Assembly (NCBI GenBank): GCA_050273025.1
Contig: CP158635.1
Location: forward strand, 30,318,001-30,382,000
Origin: Cenococcum geophilum
Lineage: Eukaryota
Direction: 5' to 3'
Length of the DNA: 64,000 bases
A program made the position numbers and the translations under genes. A model generated the notes under the pieces. It worked only from the letters and a program-made list of their open reading frames with translations. It did no database searches and was not told the origin of the DNA. Of this stretch, positions 1 through 12,800 are shown in pieces (position 1 is the stretch's first letter; the number at the start of each line of letters is the position of its first letter).

Positions 1-3000
1 CCTTTTTATTTATATTTCTCTTTATATAAAATACTATAAAGTAAAATAAAAATAGGAAAAAAGAGAGGAGACCCAGCAGTTTAAATTTAGTAACTTTTTT
101 CTACTCCTTATTATCCCCTAGTTTTATAATCCGATCCTTACCCTCTAATACTCCCGCTACCGCCACTATAGGCTAAGAATTTATATTATACGACGAATAT
201 TAAGCTCTATAATCCCGCCACTTACAATTTCTACAGCATCTACTATAGAACCCTAGGAGACTCTGACATTTAATAAAGGGGTAAGGGCCTACTAGACGAT
301 GTAGAGTTGCCGTATAAGCCTTATAAGGCTAGTATTAATTAGCTCTCTGCCTTATACAAGTAATATAGGTTACTTATAGTTATATTTAGAGACCCACGGC
401 TCTAAATTAGAATTGCATTTATATATAAGGGCCTCCCTATCCATACCTGCCTTTCCGACACACCCCCAACCCAAGCCTCTATATTAATTGCTAGTAAAGC
501 TTCTACCCTCTCCTATTTATCCTAAGAGTAGTTAGTTATATAAGTATATTATATAGAGAGGAGAGTTTACTTATAGTATGGCAATATTGCCGGAGAATCT
601 ATTATACGGCAGGATGAGAAGTATACTAGACAATTATATTTCCCGATTCTCAATAAAGGACAACATTAGTGGGATTTAAACTTATAATCTATTAAGTTTA
701 AAGTTAGCATATATTTACCTATACCACCTATACGCCTTTAGTGGTTACCTTTTGCCTAAAATTATTTTATTTATATACCCCTCTACTCCCCTTTAGTATT
801 ATATAATATACCCCTTATATACTTTCCCTTATACAACTATAAGAGAATACTTAGAATCTTATAAGCTGCCTAGTCCTTCGCACATTCTAATACCTTAAGT
901 ATTTATAGAGTAGTACTCGTACAATGTTATGGAACGCGACATTAAGAACCTAAAAATACTCTCTTTAGCTTATCGCTTATTCTAGGTATTAAGAGAACTT
1001 TAATTGCAAGCTATAAGAGTTGTGGAAATCTTATATACTAAAGAGGCTGGCTTTACTATTAAATAGCTGTTATATAGCTATCGAGCGGAATTAGATTCTT
1101 ATTAATATAGTTATTAAACTTATCCAGACTTTGTGGACGAGTATATTTTAAATAATACTAAAGACGAGCCTTATAGAAGGCAGAGAGGTTTTCTTCAGAC
1201 TCTAAAGGCGACTTTTAAGTTTTCTTAGTTATATACAACATAGTTAAACCTAAAAGTATTGCTTTCTCGCAGAATCTCTCCTAGAGCTTTTATACGCTAA
1301 AAAGCTTCTTTTCTCCTTTAACGATAATATAATTATTCCGATCTTTTAAGAAAGCCGTATAATACTCTAGGTTAAGAACTCGTGCCGCTAGATAGTAGGG
1401 TAAATTATCTAGCTTCTTAACGTACTTTATAAGCTTTTCCTTAGTATATTAGAGTTAAGGAGTTATAAACTTATCCTTAGCCTTAGTAGCTATTACCTAT
1501 AGGAAAGCTAGCTAAATAAATATTAAGAGTATCGTATAATATACTAATGCGGTCTATATTATATCCTTAAGAATATTAACTAATTCTAAAACCCTTTCTA
1601 GTGTTATATAATCTCCTTAAAGAAATAGAGTTGCTTTGTGGAAAGATTAAAGGAAATTATAAATTATATAAAGATGTATCTATTCGCTTATTAAGAGGAT
1701 ATTATCCTTTAAGTTATCCTTATAATGCTCTACATAGAGTTAAAGCCTAGCCTTTACCTTACCCTTTAGAGCTATATATAGCATAAGAAACTAGCTATTC
1801 TATCTTATACGGTTATTAAAAGGAACCATTTTACTAGTATGTTTAGTAAACCATATTATATAGTTAGCTAAGCTGCGGATATAAACGATATAGTTATAAA
1901 GCTTTCCCATTAGCCCTATAATATTTTAAATATTTTTACCTCTTTTACGCTTTTCGTCTAATACTAGCTCTAATTCTTTATCCTTCTTTTTCTTTTTTTT
2001 TAACTAGCGGTAGTACTTATTATACAACTTCTTCTTCCTCCTTTTCTTCTTCGTCCTATTCCTTATCCTTTTTATTATATAAGTTTATAAGCTTCTTATC
2101 CTTTTTTAAACTAAATAGAAAGGCCTAAACAATAAGATTAATAATGTGCCCCTAACAGCGAATTTTTTAATACGTTATAATCCAGTTAATTTTATACTTA
2201 AGGCTAAGCCATTAGCTAATCGTACGATAGAGAATATTATTTAATCTAGTATTATCGCCAACAAGAGCTCTAATCTTTATTTTAATGCTATACTTAATAA
2301 AAACCGGATAAAGCGCCTCCTATTAATCTATACTACTCTAACTAGACACTATATAAAGGGCAATTAAGGGGCTCCGGTATTTATCCTAGATATTAATAAA
2401 GCTAGCACAGATTCCGAGAAAATGGGAATAACTTAGAGAGGTCTAGATATCCACAGCAAGGTAAATATTTATTTTTGTAGATTAAAGTACTTTTTATATA
2501 ATATCTTAACTCTTAGTAAAGTGTTTAAGAATCCAGGCTATAATTATTAAGTAGTATATAAGGATAATTAAGGGTACTTTTTAATTTAATGCTTTTACAA
2601 AAGTATAAAACTCTGGCCATTCCACATATAAGAAGGGAAGCCGTCGTACGATAATTAGATCTAGAAGTGCTTGCTTTATAGTATTTTAATATACTATATG
2701 CTTTAGAACCTCACCCTTAAGACCTTAAACTTCTCCTCTTGCTAAAAGCTTTTAATATAGTTCTAAAAGAGATCTCTCCCCCTAATCTTTTACTATCGTA
2801 CGCTCCTAGTTCTCTACTGGATTCCATTTAATATTATATTTTTTAAAATAGCCTTATAATCCAACGGTTGAGAAATGGTGTCCTTTTAGGTCTTAAGGAG
2901 GACAGTATTTACAAAAGTAGCCTTTCTTTATATAAGCCTTTTCTTCCTTTATTACCGTACGAGTATATTTATAAATTAAGGAGACTTGTCTTAAGATCTG

Positions 3001-3296
3001 TGTTATATAAGTAGTTAGGATTAAACTAGTATTAGCTTTAGTCTTAACGCCGTTTAAAAGGGCGGAAAGTGTGTTAACTTTAAAGGAATTATTATCATTA
3101 AAGTTTTCGGGGTAAATTTTACTAGTACTAGCCATATTTATAGCGTCGTATAATAGGGGGTAAAGATTTAGTTTTATAGTTAAAAAATTTTGCGGATATC
3201 TAGATGTTATCCGGATATTATTCAATATCCAGGCTATTCTTAGATAGGATTATTATCCACCTGACCAAATAGGATAATCTATCCTCCGCAGGTCTA
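1..3296 (-). mobile_element. hAT-superfamily DNA transposon relic; left end not found in window
   Basis: Contains hAT transposase motifs. The right boundary is set where the Gypsy W chromodomain frame breaks (...GGTCTA|GTCCTTAG). The minus-strand terminus reads TAGACCTGCGGAGGAT, with GGATA-type subterminal repeats at ~3190-3290. No partner TIR or 8-bp TSD seen, so assigning 1-850 to this element is tentative. Confidence 0.75.
860..3135 (-). pseudogene. RIP-inactivated hAT transposase
   Basis: Minus strand: BED-finger-like YFCKYCPP (~2900-2920), LAVDI(W)TS (~2440-2460), RC.GHIINL (~2135-2160), R(T)R(W)NS(W)FLML (~1780-1815), and a dimerisation-domain-like RFPQL..LAI.VL.IP..S...ERVF (~950-1035). 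ATG at 3135. Confidence 0.88.
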
Positions 3297-3976
3297 GTCC
3301 TTAGTAGGCTAGCCTAGCTATTTAACTTTAAATTAAAAAACTTTTACCGCATATACAGCCTTACCAAAAGGTGGCGCCGCACTTTAAAACTTACGCATAC
3401 CCATCTTCCTATTAAAAACAATCGATTTTTAGACTCTCAAGACCTAATTCCTACTGCCTAGCAAGCTAGAGGTGGATTTATTTGCCTTTTTACCCCCTTT
3501 TACCCAAGAGAAAATTCTCTTAAGGGGTAATCCTAGCTTATAAGCGAGGCAGGGGTAGGAACACCAAAACATTAAAACATAGACTTTTCCTAGGTTTTTC
3601 TTCTATAAAAAGTAAAAGCCTAATAAAATAGGGGGTGTAGGTATTTTTCTATATCTCCTTTAGTCAGATTTTCCTTAGTAAGAAAATGATTGCCTTTTTG
3701 GGCTTTTCTGCTAGTAAAAGCATAACAAGTCCTTTTTTTTAGTAGATTTTTCTACTTCTAATAGAGAAGAAAATAACTACTATAGTCTTTTTACCTAGTT
3801 TTTCTACTACTTTTTAGTCTAATTTCCCCAGAAGCTTTCTAGTAGAGTTAGTAAGGAAAAAGGATATAGAAGGATAGTAAAAACTAGGAGGGCTTTTTAC
3901 CTAGTTTTTCACCTCTAGGCTAGGAGATAAGAGACCTAAGGAGGTTATTATCTACTAAAAAAACTAGGAACCCCCC

Positions 3977-4018
3977 CTATAAGCTATAAGCTATAAGCTA
4001 TAAGCTATAAGCTATAAG
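3977..4018 (+). repeat. (CTATAAG)6 tandem repeat in LINE 5' UTR
   Basis: Six perfect 7-bp units just upstream of the ORF1 ATG at 4026; only one unit in the related LINE at ~35847-35853. Confidence 0.95.
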
Positions 4019-4025
4019 ATACAAA

Positions 4026-5510
4026 ATGCTAAAGGTAAAGGCTACTAAGCCTAAAACAAAGCCCCTTATAGAGATAAGCGACGACGAATTCTTATCTACC
4101 TCTTCTACTTGTTCTTCTCTATCTTCTCTATATCTATCTAGGAAAGATAAAGATACAGAAGAAGAAGATAAGCCGCCTCTAGCTTATACAAAGAACTAAA
4201 GAAAAAGAAACTACCCCCTATCGTCTTTTAAAAAGATAGCTAAAACCTAAAAAGAAACCTAGTAAAAATGAGGTCCTCTATAGCTAGTTTATACTTCCCC
4301 CCTCCTTTAAAAAAAATTCCTATAAAAGGCCCTAGAAAGCCTAACCCAGGCCTATCTAAGGCTAGAAGGAGAAAGTAAGAAGTAAGTTAAACATATTAGG
4401 GACGACGTGTAAAGAATTATAGTAGGAGAAAACCCTTCTATAAAGGAAACAGAAAAGGAAAAACAGGAGACAGATATCCTCAAAGAACTAGTAGAAGAAG
4501 TAAGAGCCCTCCGCAAGGAGGTAGCCCCTAAAACCTATGCAGAAAAGTTAAAAAAGGGCCTCTCTTCTTCCACTTACTCTCCTTCGTCGTCGTCTCCTCC
4601 TTCTACCACCTCTCCTTCTTCTTTACCCCCTACCTCCTTAATTCCCTCTACTAGTAAGGTAGCTAGTAGTACTACCAGTTCTATAAGCCCTACCTCTACT
4701 AGAGGGAAAAAGAAGTAGCTATAAGAAAGAGGACTAGTCTTAGTTACAGACTAAAAGGACCAGCCTCTAGACATCTTCTCTATACGAAATACAATCAATT
4801 AATAATTTATATCTAAATTGCAAACAGAGAAGCTAGTTATAGCTTTTATAGCTAGAACCAGAGAAAAGTAAAATATTTTCCTTACAACAACAGAGGAATA
4901 TAATGCAGATTTTCTAATTAAAAATAAAGAAGTCTGGTCTAGCTGCTTCTCCTTTAAGAAAGAACAAAAACTAGAGCCCTAGGCTTAAATAGTAGCTTAT
5001 AGCATCCCTATCCCCCCTTTCCTAAAAGAAGGAGGCTCTAAACTTCTAAAGGAAGAAATAGAGACCTTTAATCCTATTAGGATACAGGGACTACCTAGAT
5101 GGATCTCTTCTAGGGCAAAGAGATATAATCCACAGACTAGGTTCGGCTCTATAGTATTTACTATAGAAAATAAGGAGAAAAGACAGGAAATCCTTAAGTA
5201 GAAGGAAATCCTAATTACAGGGGTAACTACTAAGGTAGTTAAATACCTAGAAGTCTCTCCTACTATACAGTATACAAGCTGCCAAAAATTTGGCCATATA
5301 GGAGATAGATGCTCTACTAGGGCCTATTGGTTTTGTGTAGCAGCACACCTATCTAAAGACCACTCCTATTCGAGTTGTAATATAATAGGTAAGCCTTGCG
5401 AGCATACTACCCCTCTTTGCATTAATTATAAAGAAAAACACTTTGCTACTAGCAAAGACTGCCAGTCTCTTAAAGCAGCTAAGTTAATATACCAATAAGT
5501 ATATACTTAG
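4026..5510 (+). pseudogene. LINE ORF1 (gag-like, Cys/His knuckles)
   Basis: ATG 4026; Q(C)TSCQKFGH.GDRC, FC.AAH..KDH and CIN(C)KEKH.A.SKDC at ~5268-5465; many TAA/TAG stops. End approximate. Confidence 0.88.
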
Positions 5511-5519
5511 AAGGTTCTA

Positions 5520-8500
5520 TATAGAAAGAAGAAGAAATCTCCCTAGCTTCTAAAGCTAGAGGAGAAATCTCCTTTATACAGCATAATGTAGGGAAAAGAC
5601 AAGAAGTATAGCAAACCCTACTAGAAATAGGATTTAGGAGAAAAATAGATATTATTCTAGTACAGGAACCTAGTACCTGGAAAGATAGGCAAAAAGGATC
5701 CTACTTCTCTATTCCACATCCTGCATTTAATTTTATCCTCCCTAGTAATCTAGCTATTCGTCCTAGGGTAGCTATCTATATAAGGAAAACTAGTTCTAGT
5801 GTTCTATAATATAGAAATAGGGAGGATATCTATAAAGATATAGATACTATAGCACTAGAAATCTATGGCCAATTTAAAAGATTTTTATTGCTTAATATCT
5901 ATAACGAGAGACAACTAGATAAGAACTCTAGAACCCAAAGAAATAGTATAAGTACTATCTCTAGAGCTATTCTAGAACTAGAAATAGACCTCCCTTTTAT
6001 ACTAATAGGAGACTATACCCTACACTATACACGGTGGAATGCGCTAGCGAGGAATCCGACTAGAGAGGCTAAAGAACTAGTAGACTGGCTAGACAGATAT
6101 AACTGCTAACTACTAAATTTAAACAAATAGGAAAGGACCTTCTATAGATCCAATATAAGGGAAAAGTCTATTATAGACCTAGCCTTCTACTTAGGAAACC
6201 TTTAAGAAAATACCTGGGATAATTGGACTATAATAAAAGATATAGGATCTGATTATAAGACTATAGCATTCTCTCTATTTACTAGAGAGACACAAAGATA
6301 CCTAAACCCTCTTCGAGAAAATCCTTTCTCTATAAAAAAGGCAAACTGGGAGATTTTCTCTACTTCTTTAAAAGAGTAAGTTTTAGAGCTAGAACTAGAA
6401 GTAAAACTTTTAGTACTAGAGGAACTAGTAGGAGAAAACCCCTATATAGAGATAGGAGAAAAAGGCCCCCTAGCCTCTCTAGAAGATTCTTATAGACCTA
6501 GGGATAGAAGCTTAAGTACATTAGTAGATAATCTAGTAATAGATCTTACTAGCTGTATAAAGCTAGCAGTAAAGAAAGCTATCCCTAGATCTAGAACTTG
6601 TAAATTCTCTAAACTATGGTGGAATAAGGAGCTTCTAAAGAAAAGACAAAAAATAGCAAAACTAGGAAGACTTTAAGAGGAACAGCCTACTAGAAGTTCT
6701 AGACTAGAAGCCTGTAAAGAAGCTAAGACTAACTGCTAGGATAGCTTCCTAGAAAAAGCATAAGGGAAGGAGGTCTTTACTGCCCTAAAAAACACAAAGG
6801 AGAGAATATTGAGAATAATCCCTAGTCTACAGTAAAGTAAGGATGGGACTACTAGACTAGTAAAAAGCTTCGAGGACCAGTGCAAAGCTTTTATAACTAC
6901 TCTATTCCTAAAAACCCCCCTTCTACTAGCTATATAGAGTGGAAGGACTACACAATAGACAATAAATAGGAATGGCCAAAACTAGAGAAAATAGAAGTTA
7001 AACAAGCAATTTTCTCTAGCTTTAATAAAAAGGCTCCAGGACCAGATGGGATATCTTTTATAATTTTATAAAAGGCCTACCCTATTATAGAAGATCTTCT
7101 ATATAGAATCTATAGGATTTTGTTTATCCTAGACTATTAGCTAAAGGTCTGAAGAGAAGCTTAAGGAGTTATTCTCCCTAAAGTAAATAAGGAGGACTAT
7201 TCCTTACCAAAGGCCTATAGACCTATTTCCTTACTAAACTGCCTAGGAAAGACTCTAGAAAAGATCTTTACTACTAGATTAGGATATCTAGCTAGTACTA
7301 CTAGCTTACTTTAAGACTTTTAATTAGGGGGGAGAAGATAGCGGTCCGCAATAGACGCAGTCTTACTACTTCTAAATAATATCCAATCTAAAAATAGTAG
7401 GAAAAAAGCTAGACAAAGGATAGCTACTACGTTATTCCTAGATGTAAAAGAGGCTTTTAACCATATCTCTAAAAACCAGCTTCTATCTATCTATAAGGAA
7501 CTAGGACTACCTATAGTGTTTATATAATAGGTAGCTACTTTCCTTAGCAATTGAAAGCTATAGCTCTCCTTTAATGGGCAAATATAAGAAAAAGTAGAAC
7601 TAGAAACTGGGATATCACAGGGATCGCCTATATCCCCTATTTTATTTCTACTATATATACGCAATATCTACAGCATACAGACAGAAGGAGCCTATTCTCT
7701 TAGCTATATAGACGATTTTGCAATTACGGTTATATTAAATTCTGCTAAATCTAATTGCAAAAAGCTAGAGAAAATAGCGCTAGAGCTAATATCTAAAGCC
7801 AAAGAAGCTGCTATTAGTTTTGACGTTAGCAAAATAGAGCTTATACACTTTAATAGTAAACGTACTACTATAGAAGAAGGGTTAAAGCTAGGAGACGTAG
7901 AAATATCCCCTAAACCCCTAGTTAGGTAGTTAGGGGTATTCCTAGACTCTAAGCTTACTTTTAAACAATATATAGAAATACAAATCTCTAAAGCAAAGGC
8001 AGCTTTCTATTTAATTAGAAGGCTAGGTAATATATAAAGAGGTCTATTTCTATAAGCCCTACAATAGCTCTATATAGCTTGCGTTACTACTATAATAGAC
8101 TACGGAGTACAATGCTGGTGGAAAAGCAAATCTAAAGACTACCTACTAGATAGGTACCAATCTCTATAAAATGAGGCCCTAAGACTAGTTCTAGGAGCTT
8201 TTAGAGGATCTCCTAGCCAAGCTATAGAGATTGAAGCCTCTATTCCTCCTCCTAGAATTAGATTTAAAAAGCTTTGCAATAACTACGCATTAAGAATCCT
8301 AAAATTTAAGGAAAACCACGTAATTAAGAAGGTCTATATAGAGGAGATTAACAAAGATAGGGACGAATTAGCAGCTAGTTCTAGCTCTAGTTCTAGCTCT
8401 AGTTCTAGCCCTAAAAACTCTACTATAAAGTACCTCTTACAGCCAGAGACATAGCTACTATCTCTAGCCTCTAGAGTTTTGCAGCTAATTCAAAATTGGA

Positions 8501-9530
8501 AAATAGAGAGAATCTCTTTAGAATGGCAAAAACCGTAGTCTCCTCCTATTTCTGCATCCTTTTCTATCTCGAAAGGTAGTAAGGAAGAAGCTGCACAAGA
8601 ACATCTAAGACTAGTGGAAAATCTATAAGAATCCCTAGAGTAGGACCTAGTAGATATATACTATACAGATGGCTCTAAAGATAATAAATTAAATGTAGCT
8701 GCTGTATATAAAATAGGGGAGAGAAATAGGATTAAATACGCAACAAACTAGAACCTAGGACCCTATATAGAAATTATAAACGCAGAGATCTATGCAGTCT
8801 ATAGGGCTTTAGAACACCTAAAATAATAAAGACTAGAAGAGAAATAAATCTATATCTTTATAGATAGCCAAGCGGCTATTAAGAGATTATAGCTTAATTC
8901 TCTTATAGGGGGGCAAGAACTAGTCTTTAAATTTTCGCAAAGCTGTTCCTATCTAGCTAGTAAGGGGAGCTCTATTAACTTTTACTGGGTTCCTAGCCAT
9001 CTAGGAATCTATAGGAACGAAATAGCAGATAAGCTAGCTAAAAAGGGCCTTTTTAGAAGAAAACTATAATCTTCTTATACTTCCCTAGCCTATATAAGGA
9101 GAGCAGCAAGAGAAAAGATACTAGAATAGTGGAAAAACAACTGGCAATAGAATAAGAATAAAGGAAAACACTATACTAGGATCTGTAAAGGAAGTCATTC
9201 CTTTTCTCTTAAAGCCCCTAAGGATAAATATCCTAAAAGGCTATTTTAAATCCTTCTCTAAAGTAATAGGGGGGGAGGACGAAGATGGTAGATGCTTTAG
9301 GGAATGTAGAGCACTATAAACCCCCAGGCACCTACTACTAGACTGCAACCTATATAGAGAAGAAAAAAGAGAAATGCAAAAGAAACTAAGCTCTTCTCTC
9401 TCTCTAAAAAAGCTATTTTGTACACAAAAAGGAAGAGAGGCGCTTTTTCTATTCCTAAGTAGGACAGGGATAGCTACTAGAAAGTGGCTAATAACAGCAG
9501 GATCTATAGAAGGAGGTAACTCCTACTAGG
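5520..9530 (+). pseudogene. LINE ORF2 (AP endonuclease, reverse transcriptase, RNase H, C-terminal Cys motif)
   Basis: IQHNVGK and DIILVQEP ~5575-5670, LIGD...H..RWN ~6000-6040, KAPGPDGI ~7030, YRPISLLNCLGK ~7216, QGSPISP ~7618, SYIDDF ~7702, YTDGSK ~8662, WVPSHLGI.GNEIADKLA ~8987-9040. Ends approximate. Confidence 0.93.
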
Positions 9531-9864
9531 CTTCTAGGAAAGAGATATTAGTAAGTAAAAGGATAGAAATACATTACAAAAGGACAGGGATAGGCGTTAG
9601 GACTTCTTATTTCTTATAGTTTTTTACCACTTTCTTATTCCCTAGTAGTTGCTTATAACTTAGTATTTTACTAAGGAACTATAAACTCCTAGTTTAGGGG
9701 CTTATAAACTACTAGGACATAGTTACTAGTAAATATTAAGCTGCCCTAAGGGATTTATATATATAGGACTATAGCGCCATAGCCTAGAGGCTGTATGCGC
9801 AGTATTATACGTAGTATAATACAACGGATATAAAAAAAAATAAAAAATAAAACTTTAAATTAAA

Positions 9865-12800
9865 GCTTATTCTTAATAGACTTATAGCATAGTATAGCTT
9901 TAACCTTATACCGCTCGCCTACTACCTTAGGGTGTTTAATTGGGCCTAGACGGAAGTTCTTTTCTAATAGTAGTCTATACTATAGCTCTAGTAGGTTTAT
10001 ATAAAACACTAAATATATATAGGCTATAGATAGGGGTAGCTAGAGACGGTAAGCTAATTTGCTAATTTGTTCCTTAATTTAAAAGGGAACTAGGTATCTT
10101 ATATTAAGCTTTTTTAATAGTTAACGGGTTTTAATATTCGTTAAATGTAATAAAACCTTATCGCCTACTCTAAAATGCTTATTTTAGTGCTTACGGTTAT
10201 ACTAAAGTCTCTACTGCTCTTAGGTATTCTATAGGCTCTACTTTATATACTTCTATTACTCCTTTTATTTCTAAAGGTATTCTTATACTCTTTAATAGAT
10301 GTCCTTAAACTTTCTAGTAGAATCCTATAACTAATTATATGGCCTTAGCCAGTAATTATTAGGTATACTATTAAACCTAAATAGTTAAACGCTATAGGCA
10401 ATCTAAATTAGTGCATACTTATATAATACGTATTACTTTAAATTATAAGCGTACTCTATATACGGAAGTAGCTTATACTAGTTGTCTTACTAGTAGTTTA
10501 AATATATTTGTAAGTAAGACTCTAGTTCCTAGTTCTAGCGTTCTATTTACCTATTTATTTATAAATAGAAAGCTATACTATAATAGTGGTCTATCTTTAA
10601 ATAAAAGCATAGATCCGACTAGTGCTGGCTTATAAAGACGCTGCCCCTATTAGTAATAATAGAGTGCGGCCAATCTACTTTAAGAAAGTATTTCTCCTTA
10701 ATTAGGCTAGCTAGCGCTTATATATTAATCATCTTATTAACAGGAAGGTATTAGACGTACTTTAAAAACCTATTAATAAGTACGAGGACCAAATTATATA
10801 TTCGTCCTTAGCTATCTTTAAATAGCGGGAGATCCGTAATAAAGTCTATAGCGTAATGCTATTATAGCTTACTAGCAGGGGGAACTAATTTAAGTAGACC
10901 CTATAGCTTATACCTACGGATCTTATATACTTAACACTTCTTATAATGGCTAATATACTCCTTTACTTCCTACTTAAGCCTTAGCTAATAGTATTTGCGC
11001 TAAAGTAATTCTACTATTTTTACTTAACTATAGTAGCCGCCTAGAGAATTATTGTAATTCTTTATAAGAATCTTCTATCGTAGATTTGCTTCTTATAGCA
11101 CCTAAACCTTACTACCTTTACGCAGCAGGCCTATTAGGTCTAGTTTCCAATAGTAGCGCCTAACAGCTTCCTTTCCGTTACGTTTCCGGTCTACTTTTAT
11201 ATTAAAAATAGTATAGAAAGCGTCCCTCTATTACACCTTATAGATAAGATCCGTTAACCTTTTAGATAGTTTTTAGGTAAAAGTTATTTTATTTTATACT
11301 GCTTTAAGTATAAAACTAAATAATACCATAGATCTTGCAACTCTTTAATGCGTATATATTAGGAAGGCCGCTATAAGGTTAAAGTCCTTTAGTTATTATA
11401 GGGCTCTAATTTCAAATTACTCTATAGCTTCGCTATTAGTTTAAGGGGATAGCTTAATAATTAGAGATAGTATATTACTAGGTTTTAAGAATATATTAGG
11501 GACATCCTATCTAGGTATTTTTAGACTCTTATTAGTAACGGACCGGGTACTAGCTAAAATATTAGTGGAAACCGATAGGGCTTATACTGCCTGAGACTTA
11601 GTATATAGAGCTATAGGTACTTAAGCATTCTATACCTAGAGCTTATTCTATAATATAGGGAGTAAAATATCTATTATTTATTTTCCTTCTCCCGTTTTAA
11701 AGCCTTTGGTATAATCTAGCCGTTATGACGGTCTATTAGTAGGGTTGGCTTCCCCTAACTTATATTTAATCTTAAAATTAAATCGCGTAAGCTCCTTTAC
11801 CTATCTAGCTTATTAAGGTATAAGCTCCTTTATAGTTATAAAGTAGCGTAGATTATAGTAATCTAAGAGTATATAAGTGGTATAGCTCGCGTGCTTAAGG
11901 TAGTATCGCCACTATTTAAAGCAGTTAACTATAGCTAGCAGTTCCTTATAGTGGGTATAATACCTAACTTTAGGTCCCTATAATTTTCTACTATAAAATA
12001 CTACTAGTCTCTAATAGAGCTGGGTAGCGTCTAAATACCTATTAGGTTATAATAGGATACTAATAAAGGTAAAATTCGATGTATTAGTAACTATTATTAG
12101 TGGCTAATCTAGGTTAAAATGCCGCAGCAATAGAGCTTTTATAAACTTTACGCGTAGTTCCCGAAAGGACTTTTAAACCTTTTTAGGCTATAACCATAGC
12201 TTATACTATTTAGTTAGTCCCTTTTTAGTTTTCTTCCTTGCCGCCTTTAAGCTTTTTACTCCTTAGGTTAAGTCTTAGAAAGCTTTTATAATATAGTTAA
12301 ATAGGTATTAGGCGATGTCTAAGTAGTTATAGATAAAGCGCCTATAGAAATTGGTAAAGCTTAGGAATACTTAAATATCCCAATAGCTTTCTAGCTCCGG
12401 CTACTCCTAAATTATCTACACCCGTACTAGGTCTATAACTACACCTATAGGCATTATAATATAACCTAGAAACTTAACCTACTTAGTGTTAAAGATATAT
12501 TTTAACGCCTTAGCGTAGAGGCCCTAATTATCTAAATGTTCTAGCACTTTACAGACGTGTTACTCATGCTAATTCTTATCTTCTAAGTAGATTAAGATGT
12601 TATCTAAATAAATAATGTATATACAGTTAACTAGTCCCCCTAAGGCTCTATAAATATATAATTGGAATATTATAGGCGTATTAGCTAGCCCAAAAGGCAT
12701 TACTAGATACTTAAAGTAGCCGTATTAGGTCTTAAAAGCGGTCTTTTACTTATCTCCTTTTTTAATACGGAGCTTATAATAGGCATCTTATAGATCTAAC

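Larger units (their letters stand above)
3338..9850 (+). mobile_element. Full-length Tad1-like LINE (ORF1 + APE-RT-RNaseH ORF2), RIP-mutated
   Basis: 14-bp TSD AACTTTAAATTAAA at 3324-3337 and 9851-9864; A-rich tail 9829-9850; both ORFs recognisable. Confidence 0.95.
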
